A DNA stretch of 61,471 nt, filler included. It is 12 parts of 12 records of this genome, joined end to end, with 100 filler letters (N's around TTAATTAATTAA, not from the genome) between each part and the next. Parts side by side here need not be neighbours in the genome. Positions count along the whole stretch, not along the records: positions 7,381 to 11,822 come from SRR15195285_4820; positions 11,923 to 15,215 come from SRR15195285_4827; positions 15,316 to 19,250 come from SRR15195285_4830; positions 19,351 to 24,780 come from SRR15195285_4831; 8 more parts are not named here. The stretch is one strand, 5' to 3'. The notes beneath the pieces were generated by a model that had not been told where the DNA came from, made no database searches, and saw nothing but the letters and a program-made list of their open reading frames with translations. The translations under genes and the position numbers were made by a program. Below, piece by piece: positions 10,120 to 19,623 of this stretch. The first letter of the stretch is position 1. Each line of letters opens with the position of its first letter.

Positions 10120-11599
10120 CTACGGATTTTCCTCAAGGTTGACCCCCCTCCGGTCTTCCGCAAGGACTTCCGCAAGGCGCTTTTCTAGCTTCCGCTTCCG
10201 TTCAGCTTCGGAGCTTTCCGATCCTGGCGGAATACCCTCCTTCTCACCCTCCTCCTCATAACAACAACAACGCCAAATTAAAAGCAGTAAAAAACCCGCC
10301 ACAACAACAACACTGAGCAGGACCACAGCAACAGCACTGCCTGACTGAATGTCCTTTGCCAGCGGAGTTACTGGAACTTGGTAAGGATGGCAGTGGTCGA
10401 ACTCCTCCATCCAAGCATTGTCGACGACAGAACGGTCGCCAATTGCGCAGATGAAGGACATCGGGGCATGGCACTCTTCTTCGCCCCAGTCCGAGCTCCA
10501 TTGGTTCGACACGGCGTCGAAGCGGCGGCGGACGAAGCCACACATGGGGCCTTCGTACGTTTGCTGTGTCGTCACAGCATGGCGGGCAGTACGCTGATCG
10601 ACGACCAGCCCCTCGTAGCCGATGTCATCGATCATTCCCTGCATCTCTCTTTCATCCAGCACACCATCTCGGTTGGTATCGTACTCATCCGCTTGACGTC
10701 TATCTATCACGTCTATCGCAGCGTTGATGTAATCTTGCTCAACCGGGTTGAAACGCACGCGCTGGCCTGCCGGGCATGTGGAGCAGTAGCATTGCCGCTG
10801 CTCATGCGTGAGCTGAGTCCCCGTGTCGCACTCTGTGTCGTGGCAAACGCCGTTGGTCTTATTCTGGTGAGAGCAGCATTTCGTACACTCCTCAGCATTG
10901 GCGCTGCAGATGCCACCTCTATAGTAGTTCTCCTTCATTTCGTTTGCATCACCGCACATAGCACCCAGAGCGGTCGTGGGGCAGTCGGGACCCGATTCTG
11001 GAACGGTGTTGTCGACGAACGGCCGCCCAGGGAGCGCCCCAGGGCAAGTGCCACGGACCACTACCAGCTCACGTGCCGGCTCATAGTATTTGGACAAGCC
11101 AGATTCTGGCAGGACTACGTCGTCGCTGCTCCAAGCTGTGAAGTCTCCGGCTTGGCCGGTTGATACGCCCGGGTCAGCCACCTCATTGCAGATCCAGGCA
11201 TTGTTTACGCCCGTTTGATCCATCAGGGCAAGTATCTGCTCGTACTGGGCCTCGGTCTTTATGTTCGCGATCGTTCCACCTGTAGTACAATCACAAGCAA
11301 TCTGTCATCATGGGAAGTCACACAAGCCACGGCAGTGTGCTTGTGTACTTGCCCTGATCAATGCATGTCTGTCTCGCCGCCACCCAGGTCGATGCCTCCC
11401 GCACCAGAAGGTAGCTCGTCCCTGATGCATCCACCTCCGATTGGACGCGCTCGCCTTCCTGTACAATATCGCACATCCCTCGGCGGGTCGCTAAGCAGGT
11501 ACGGCCGTCGCCACCACATGTTTGACCGTAATTGGATGGCAGAGCCACGCCTATTGTGCAGCACTGATGTGGCACCGGAAATGAGTCCAAACACGCCAA
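10120..11599 (-). CDS. Type I membrane protein with split C-type lectin domain, Cys-rich region and EF-hand; 5' end unresolved
   Basis: SYLLVREASTWVAARQTCIDQG|GTIANIKTEAQYEQI...AWI via GC-AG intron 11352-11280; EF loop DTNRDGVLDERE; CTLD C-half WGEEECHAPMSFIC; TM AVAVVLLSVVVVAGFLLLLIW then CCC. Confidence 0.75.
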
Positions 11600-11789
11600 A
11601 ACAGGACACCGACTCAGGAACTAACATGGACTAAGGTCGTTCGTACAGCCACATCTTCGAACGAGTACTGAAACAGATCCGCGCCATATCTTGTATCAGA
11701 AGCTGGGAGTGTCGTTGGATTATTGTGCTGCGGGGGAGATGTCAGATGTCAAGTGTCAGTGACTTTCAGAGAACAATTACTTGACAGGT

Positions 11790-11822
11790 GAGAGAGAGCG
11801 AGAGCGAGAGCGAGAGCGAGAG
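11790..11822. repeat. (GA)/(GAGAGC)n microsatellite at contig end
   Basis: Direct reading. Confidence 0.85.
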
Positions 11823-11922
11823 NNNNNNNNNNNNNNNNNNNNNNNNNNNNNNNNNNNNNNNNNNNNTTAATTAATTAANNNNNNNNNNNNNNNNNNNNNN
11901 NNNNNNNNNNNNNNNNNNNNNN
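11823..11922. other. Artificial contig linker
   Basis: N44-TTAATTAATTAA-N44. Confidence 0.99.
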
Positions 11923-11952
11923 AAGGGAAGGGAAGGGAAGGGAAGGGAAGGG
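11923..11952. repeat. (AAGGG)n microsatellite at contig start
   Basis: Direct reading. Confidence 0.85.
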
Positions 11953-12398
11953 CGCGGGGGGACGGCGGCGTGGGCCGAGCGAGATCTACTGGCACGGAGA
12001 GAGACGCGTGTTGGAAGGGCCGCTGGCCGCTGAGCTCGGAAAGCGAATGGGGGGTCGCTGCCCGGTGGATGTCTAGAGGTTCCCGCTTCGGGCAAGCAGG
12101 GGGGATGAAACAGTCGCTTGCAATCTCGCAGCTGTAGATCTGGATAGAGCGCAGTGTGCTCCTGCTTGGTGGCGCTGGCGGATCGTGGCAGAAGCGTTGC
12201 TCATGGGGAAGCGGCACATGTATCCATGATCGGATAGGAGCGTCGTGCTGACTCATTGGCTGAAACTCTATCGCTAGGGAGCGCGGTCTTCCGAACGCAG
12301 CGGCAGTAGTACGAGCCGACCACCCACGCCACGGCACCGCAGCGCGGATACTCCGTGTGCATCGTGTGCAGAGGTCCGGTCCGTTTGGGGTGGCGCTG

Positions 12399-14890
12399 AT
12401 GCAACGCTGCCGCGCTCGGAGCGTTGTTCAAGCTGGTCGGCGCGCTGTCCAGCCCGGCCGGCCCGCCAGACTCTCAACGTACGCATACCACAGCCCCAGC
12501 GTGCACAGTGTCTCGCGCAAAGACCTAGAGCAACAGTGGGGCAGCCTCGGATTCTCGGTTCGCAACGTGAGCGGACACGTGAAGTACACGTGGTCAAACG
12601 GGTCGTGGGATGAGGGAATCTTCGTTCCGTCCCCGTACCAGCTGATGCACATCAACTCAGGAGCCCTGCACTACGGTGTCTCCGTCTTCGAGGGAATGAA
12701 GGCCTTCGAGTCCAAGGAAGGCACGATCCAGCTTGTCAAGCCGGAGCTGAACGCGGCACGGATGCAGCGTGGCGCTGAGGCTCTGCTGATGCCACGTGTT
12801 CCAGAGTCCATGTTCATCGCTGGCGTCAAAGAGGCCGTCCGTCGGAACCGAGAGTTCGTTCCTCCCTACGGCCATGGGGCGAGTCTGTACATCCGGCCGC
12901 TGCTCTTCGCTTCTGGGCCGATGCTGGGGTTGGCCCCGCTGGCGCAAGAGTACACCTTCTTCGTTTGTGTCACGCCTACCGCCGGCTACTTCCAAAAGTC
13001 AGAGCCTAGCGCCACAGCGATCGCCCCGAGCGAATTAGAGCCTGGCGTGAAGGCGTTTGTGAGCGAAAAGCACGATCGGGCGGCTCCGCGCGGCACAGGT
13101 GCAGTCAAGGCTGCTGGAAACTATGCGGCGGATCTGAATCCTGTTCACACCGCCCAGGCGGATGGTTACAACACAACGCTGTACCTCGACGCCAAGGAGC
13201 AGCGCTATGTTGAGGAGTTCAGCGTGGCTAACTTCATCGGTATCACCAAAGAGGGTGTATTCGTTACACCGAGTTCTTCGACTATCCTCGCATCAACCAC
13301 CAACGAGCTGCTAATGGAGATCGCCCGATCGAAAGGCATCACGGTGGAGCAGCGGCCTGTTGATTTTGATGCAGAAATCGAAGACTTCGCGGAGATCGGC
13401 ATGTGCGGTACCGCTGCCGTGGTTGTGCGCGTTGAGTCCATCACCCGTGGAGATCAAACCTTCACCTTCGATCAGTTTGATACAATCGGCGACCTACGCG
13501 CGACGTTGACTGGTATCCAGCACGGCGACTTGGAAGATACGTTTGGCTTCATGGACCCGTGCGCAACTCCGCGTACACCTGCTTTGGCCAGAGAAGCCAT
13601 CCCTGCCTCTGCTTCTGCGTCTACTTTGTTTCGGCGAAGTGCGATGAATGCATGTACTTGTCAGGCTCGTGCGCATGACTCACTGTGGCGGTGCATAATC
13701 CGCAGAGTCTGTGATGCGAACGATTGCTTAACCCCTACTTTCACGCCAGGCATGAAAACTGCGGAGGAGCGCGGCCTTGTGCGCAAGCTCAGTGAAGACG
13801 GCCTGCATGGGCACGAACGGCACCTGCTCGAGTATGTGGTTGAACATGCCGAACGCGGCAACCCGGGGTAAGCTTTCATACTCTGCTCATGTTAAGCTTT
13901 CGAGCACTTCCATCGACTCATCTGGTCCTGCTGTTGCAGCTCTGTGCTGCAAGCAATGGATGCGTTTTGGATGGAAGTCTTAGACATTGACCCCAAAGCC
14001 CAGGCAAAATGGGCAGCTCGCGGTCAAAACATAGAGCAAACTGTCAGGAAGGCAGTGGTTCAGAATGGATCTCCCCATGACGAAGACTGGGACCCGGTAG
14101 CACGTGCGTGTGGAGAAATCCCGTTCCGCTGCCTAGAGCTCGGCACGTATTGTGGCTACAGCGCACTGCGAATTGCTCGAAACCGTGAGTGCTGTTCTCC
14201 TCCTGCGCGCCAGCACCCCCTATCGATTGACATCGATCGGTAGCTACAGCATATTGCACGTGTGTGGTGCTTGCAGTGCCAGACAACGGGACCCTTTTGT
14301 CGGTGGAGAAGGACCCGCTATTTGCTGCCATCGCCACCAAGATTGTCGAGTACGCAGGGCTGGTGCGTCAAAGTGTAGCCTTATCACACATTGAGTGGTT
14401 GCGTTCTGGATCTGATCTGCGCACCTGTCCGCGTGAATGCAGGATCAGAAAGTCAAAATATGGATGGGCGCAATCGAGAATGAGCTCGCCAATATCGAGG
14501 TCCGCTTTGAGAACCGGCGTGCTGACTTTGTACTGTGTGATCACTCGTTGGAACGCTACATCCCGGATCTGAGCACGATGGAGTGAGTCTCTCTTGCGTT
14601 GGCCTTCCATAAAGCTCGCCCAACAACACCAGCACTGCTACTTGCAACCCGCGGATCACTAACTTGCGGATGGCTTGCTGTCTGCTGGCAGGGCGAGAGG
14701 CATAGTCGATCCAAGCTGGACATATGTTATTGCTGATCTCGAGTTCTACCCGGGCGACTCCAAGCCTTTGGAGAGCCCAGAAGGGAATGACGCGTTGAAA
14801 GAGGCGGTCTTGGACTGGATGGACGAAAATGAAGAGTACATCTACATCGAACAGGTGACGCCGGCCTCTCTATTAGGGACGGCGCTGTAA
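12399..14890 (+). CDS. Branched-chain amino acid aminotransferase (IlvE/BCAT) fused to a catechol O-methyltransferase-like domain, 6 exons
   Basis: BCAT motifs: ALHYGVSVFEGMKA, SLYIRP, VKAAGNYA (PLP Lys), GTAAV. COMT motifs: LLEYVVEHAERGNPG|SVLQAMD, LELGTYCGYS, SVEKD, CDH, YIPDL. Introns 13559-13705, 13868-13939, 14185-14276, 14363-14442, 14583-14691 all keep frame. Confidence 0.88.
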
Positions 14891-15196
14891 TGTCAATGCA
14901 ATCTGATATGTACACACGGTATGCTGACCAATGCAGCAGATGTAGAGATTGCGATGCATTGCGTTGAACAATCCGCTGGCCAATGTTCATTGTAGTGTGC
15001 ACACAGTCCATTCCATCGCCGGTCAGCCACCCACAGCAGCACCTTGAACCTGCATCGAGCATGGTACGGTCTTGCTGCGAGAACCCCAGCTTTGTCCGTA
15101 CACATTAGTATTGTACTACTATGCAGCGCCTGCTGCTCGTTCGGAAATTATGTTGTGACTTTGACATACGTATGAACCCTAATGACATGTGATAAC

Positions 15197-15215
15197 GGGC
15201 ATAAGGCCTTATGCC
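15197..15215. repeat. Palindromic GGGCATAAGGCCTTATGCC repeat at contig end
   Basis: Same motif at 27721-27790, 28294-28310, 53344-53360, 53479-53520. Confidence 0.8.
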
Positions 15216-15315
15216 NNNNNNNNNNNNNNNNNNNNNNNNNNNNNNNNNNNNNNNNNNNNTTAATTAATTAANNNNNNNNNNNNNNNNNNNNNNNNNNNNN
15301 NNNNNNNNNNNNNNN
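15216..15315. other. Artificial contig linker
   Basis: N44-TTAATTAATTAA-N44. Confidence 0.99.
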
Positions 15316-16793
15316 AGCTGGAGCTGGAGCCGGAGCCGGAGCTGGGAGCGCACGTGGACTGGGGGGCAAGGGAACTGCAAAGCGGAGTGCTGAGGCTTCG
15401 GCATCCGTATCTTTCATGCAAGTGGAGCGAGAAGTTGTTCGTGGTGAATAGCACAAAGATTAAGGTGTACAACAGCGACAGCGATCAGGGTGCAAGCGAT
15501 CGGCATAGAAGGGCACAGATGACGATGGACCTGCTGTCCATCGATAACGTCTCGCGCCCCAGAGAAAGTGGCTACTTTGAGATCAAAATCCATGGCAAAC
15601 CGCGTTGGAGGCTTGAAGCTGATTCACAACAGACCGCAGGAGAATGGGCAAGGATCCTTTGGACATTGACACCTTCGCTCAAAGCATGGCTCCACATCAA
15701 AGCCGATGGCAGCAGCTCATGGGCGAAACAGTTTTGTGTGATTTGTCGAGGTCGGTTGATGTGGTTCGAAGAAGAGCTACGGAAGAAAGGAGTCGTCGGC
15801 GAACTCGAGCTCGCTGAGGTTCTGCACGTAGTGGTGAAAACTGACGTCATCTTTGAAGTTCAGCTGAAAGATGGCGTAGTGCACAGTCTCCGTGCACCGG
15901 AGGCAAAGCAAGCTAATGAATGGATGGAGAAGATTCAACCAAGCAGAGATGCAACAGGTATGGCAGCTGCAAGCAACGGTTTGGCTGCTGCTGAACCGCA
16001 GGCTGTAAGCCTGCCACCGTTGCCAAAGCCAAAAAGAAAGAAAGACGTTCAAAAGTTGAAGAAAAAGAGAAAGCAAGCAAGACAAAAGAAGAAGGCTGAA
16101 GCTGGTGAGTTGGCATCGTCTGCGCCGGACGATAGCGATGATGGTGAAGAGGATGACACCCAGGCAGAGGAAGGTGCACAGGACAGTGATGACGACTTTG
16201 GAATCGAGCTCGACGATGTCATGACAGCGAACTTGGAAGATGTTGCGGCAGGCGGTGGGGGTGATCTGATCTCCAGGTATTCAAATCCTATGATAGATGA
16301 TGACCAGGGTAATGCACTGAATATTGCGCAGCAGGGACAGGAGCAGAACCAGCAGGCAGTCGATGATGTGGGACCAGGTCTGCCTTCGCAGCATTGGAAG
16401 ACGCTGACGCAGGCAGTGACGACTGAACAAGCATTCTCAGCGTCTGCGCAACAACAGATGGCGCCAGGCACAATGCAGATGCAACTGCAGCAGCCGCAGA
16501 CGCAAACGCAACAGATGCAACCGCAAATGCAACAGATGCAACAGCAGATGATGCCAGGCACCATGCAGTCGCAGATGCAGCAACAGATGCAGCCGATGCA
16601 ACAACAGATGATGCCGGGGGTAATCCAGCAGCAGGTACAGCCGCAGATGCAGATGCAGATGCAGCCAATGCAACAGCACGGAGTGGCGAACGGATCGGTA
16701 GTGTTACAGCCTTCTGGCATGGTGGGTAGATTGCAACAGCAGGGTATGACCATACAACCAGGGATGCAGGGGCAGCAGACTCAGTTCATGTAG
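15316..16793 (+). CDS. Tandem PH-domain protein with basic, acidic and Gln/Met-rich low-complexity tail; 5'-truncated
   Basis: Two PH-like repeats ending LEADSQQTAGEWARIL and LRAPEAKQANEWMEKI; frame open to contig start; QQQMMPG repeats. Confidence 0.8.
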
Positions 16794-16988
16794 ACGGGCC
16801 GCGCCGGGCTGCGTGGAAGTTGCTACAACCCCCTGTCTATATGCAATTCAATGGTGATCAAGGCTATATGTAAAGTAAGTTTAGTGTGTCGTAAGCAGGC
16901 TAGCAAGTGTACAGATGCAAAGTTGCCATCCAAAAACATTCGATTCCTTTTGACATTTCACATCCGTTTGACGCTCAACGCTCATCGC

Positions 16989-18833
16989 TCATCGCGAATA
17001 CGCTGGTGGTCCGCCTGAATAGCCAGGTGGTCCTCCTTGGTAGGTCGGTGCCGGCGCCGGCGCCGCGATCACAGTAGCCACCACCGGCGCTGCGCCACCA
17101 GCCGCGTACGCCGGTGGCGCTCCGCTGCGCTCCACGCTATACGCTGGTGGTGCTGCACCACCATCGGCAACATAGGACCCAACGACAGGCGCTGTGGCTG
17201 GTGGTGCTGCTGCGGGAGGCGGATTCGGCACAATCCCCTGTGATTTGAAGAAAGAAATCACCTGTTCAGGAACTTCGGCGAGAACTTCCATCGCCAAGCG
17301 CTCCGAGCCGGCAGCTTTGAACTGCCTAAACGGGACAAACTGCACGATGTCTCTCTTGGCGACCATCCCGCGTGTATCTCGCAACGGCTCGTCGTCCGCA
17401 TCTAGCGCGTCCATCTTTGCAAAGTCTGCGTTGCCAACACCAACAATAATAATGGACAGCGGCAGGTCGGACGCGCTCACGATCTCGGCTACAGTTTTTT
17501 CCATATCGGTAATCACGCCGTCGGTCAGCACTAGCAGGACGAAGTACTGCTGATCCTCTTGAGTGACTCGCGCACTGCGTGCGGTCGCAGCGGCTGTGCG
17601 AATGAACTCAGAGAAATTGGTCGGGCCGTACAGCTGCAGGTTGGCAAGCGCCTGCCGGTAGAAATGGAGCAACTCTGGCACGCCTCGGCAATTTGCGTCG
17701 GCTGAGCCGTTCAGTGCGAAGCAGTGAGACACCGCACCATTCGGGAATCGCGCGCCAAAGCCATAGCCAGGCACGAGACCGTCGTGATCGTACGCACAGA
17801 CAATCGAGCCGACCGAATCGATCGCCTGTTCATACTCGTTCGGCACCCCCTGCTGCACGTAGTGCAGCGTTCCGGGCTGCCGAGGGTCGCCATTCGAGGC
17901 GGTGAAATCGATGGCCGTCATCAACGCCACCTCACACCCGCCCATGAGGTAGTCGCAGAAGCTATGTCTTCTCTCTACCCTCACGCTCTCAAACAGCAAG
18001 GTGCCGACGTCTTTTTTCTTCCCCTTCGGATGCTGCAGCGCCCCCTGTCGCACCTCCTGGGACTCGAGCTCTAAGAGAGTGGTTGTGAAGTAGCCGATCA
18101 GCTGGTGTGAACCGCTCGCCTCCCAGTCCCAGACCTCAAAAAGAATCGGCCTGTCTTTGTCGTTCGCTGTGAGGTGCCGGGAGCTGACGGTAAACTCGGG
18201 CCACATTGGGTTTAGGTCATTCTTGATTGGTTCAGTCTCATGGCACTTGACCCATTTTCCGCTGACCTGCCTATGGATGGCTACAAAGGGATCGGATTTG
18301 CCAAACCACCCGTTCATGCTCCTGAGCTGGTGCCCGCGCAGCTTCAGCACCACATCGTCGCTCGTGCCGCTCATCTCCTCCACTATGGCTGTCAGGGTAC
18401 CGGACGGCCCGCGCTTGCCTGGGCGCGTGAGCTCGGCACTCAAACGGCCCTGGTTCGAGACGACATCACACAGCCTCAGCTCGGTAGTGCGCCCGATGAA
18501 GTCGTGCTTCGTCAGGTCCGTGGTGGCGCTGTCCGAATCGTACACGTCGAAGCGGAACCACTGCGTCCTCTCGAAAAAGTACTGGATCGTGAAGGACGTC
18601 GCGAACTTGGGGCTAAGCGTGTCCTGGATGGTCTCGGTGCGTCCCAGCTCCCTCCACGCCCCCGTCCCGTCCTTTGCATAGATGACTGCGAACGGGTCGG
18701 ACTTGGACATTACGTCCATATTGTCGAGCCCAGCGCACTCAATCGACAGCTCCAGATCCGCCGTTGGCTCCGTGAACACCATGCCGCCGGCCGCCGCCGG
18801 CAGCTCAAACATCGAAGACCCCGCGGTCTGCAT
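16989..18833 (-). CDS. Copine (C2A-C2B-vWA) with Pro/Tyr-rich tail, intronless
   Basis: DVMSKSDPF, GKSDPF, AIDFTASNG, LYGPTNF, LLVLTDG, RDIVQFVPF; start Met could be 18833 or slightly downstream. Confidence 0.95.
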   Translation of the reverse strand: MQTAGSSMFELPAAAGGMVFTEPTADLELSIECAGLDNMDVMSKSDPFAVIYAKDGTGAWRELGRTETIQDTLSPKFATSFTIQYFFERTQWFRFDVYDSDSATTDLTKHDFIGRTTELRLCDVVSNQGRLSAELTRPGKRGPSGTLTAIVEEMSGTSDDVVLKLRGHQLRSMNGWFGKSDPFVAIHRQVSGKWVKCHETEPIKNDLNPMWPEFTVSSRHLTANDKDRPILFEVWDWEASGSHQLIGYFTTTLLELESQEVRQGALQHPKGKKKDVGTLLFESVRVERRHSFCDYLMGGCEVALMTAIDFTASNGDPRQPGTLHYVQQGVPNEYEQAIDSVGSIVCAYDHDGLVPGYGFGARFPNGAVSHCFALNGSADANCRGVPELLHFYRQALANLQLYGPTNFSEFIRTAAATARSARVTQEDQQYFVLLVLTDGVITDMEKTVAEIVSASDLPLSIIIVGVGNADFAKMDALDADDEPLRDTRGMVAKRDIVQFVPFRQFKAAGSERLAMEVLAEVPEQVISFFKSQGIVPNPPPAAAPPATAPVVGSYVADGGAAPPAYSVERSGAPPAYAAGGAAPVVATVIAAPAPAPTYQGGPPGYSGGPPAYSR

Positions 18834-19070
18834 TCCCGACCGTCCTCGCTCACCCTCGCTCACCCTTCGAACGCTCTCGTCCAGCGTTCGAAAGCTAGCC
18901 GTAGCTGCCCTGGAACGCCCTCAGCCAGCGTCCACACAGCCCAGCCACAGTCGATCCGTGCCGCAGTCTCTGGCGTCACGCACACCACAGCGTATGAGAC
19001 AGTGTGTACACACAGCCGATAGCAGAAAGCCACAGAAAACAGCTCCCCTGTAGTTCCGGAGCGCCGGACG

Positions 19071-19114
<44 letters not shown>

Positions 19115-19250
19115 GCGCGCGCACCGGGATCAGCTGCGGCAGCGGCAGGCACTGCAAGGGGCGGCTTGTCCCCACGACCACCGGCGTCGCCACCCTCGCC
19201 ACCCACGAGCACTCAACAGTATTTTCGTACACATTTCAGTAAATTTGTAT

Positions 19251-19350
19251 NNNNNNNNNNNNNNNNNNNNNNNNNNNNNNNNNNNNNNNNNNNNTTAATT
19301 AATTAANNNNNNNNNNNNNNNNNNNNNNNNNNNNNNNNNNNNNNNNNNNN
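19251..19350. other. Artificial contig linker
   Basis: N44-TTAATTAATTAA-N44. Confidence 0.99.
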
Positions 19351-19623
19351 CCAACCGGTGTGAGAAAGAATTGCTTCGGACCTGCATTTTCCATTACAGA
19401 CTGCGCAAAATGAAAATTGGAAAGAACACTACATGTACGATACACCGGCGCTTGATTTTGCAGAAAGCAGAATGAAGAACTTCCGCGTGCGCGCGCGCGC
19501 TGGCGGCTGGCCGCCGCGGCGCATGCACCGGCGCGCGCGTTCGCGGCTACTCCGCTAGTGGTATACAGTGTGCACGCGCTGGCCCGTGGCTGCGTCGGGC
19601 TGCAGTGTGGAGATCCTACGGCG

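Noticed and set aside
13559-13705. 49-aa linker between BCAT and COMT as shown in the ORF track
   Set aside because: Has GTGCGC donor and CGCAG acceptor like other introns here; more likely an in-frame intron
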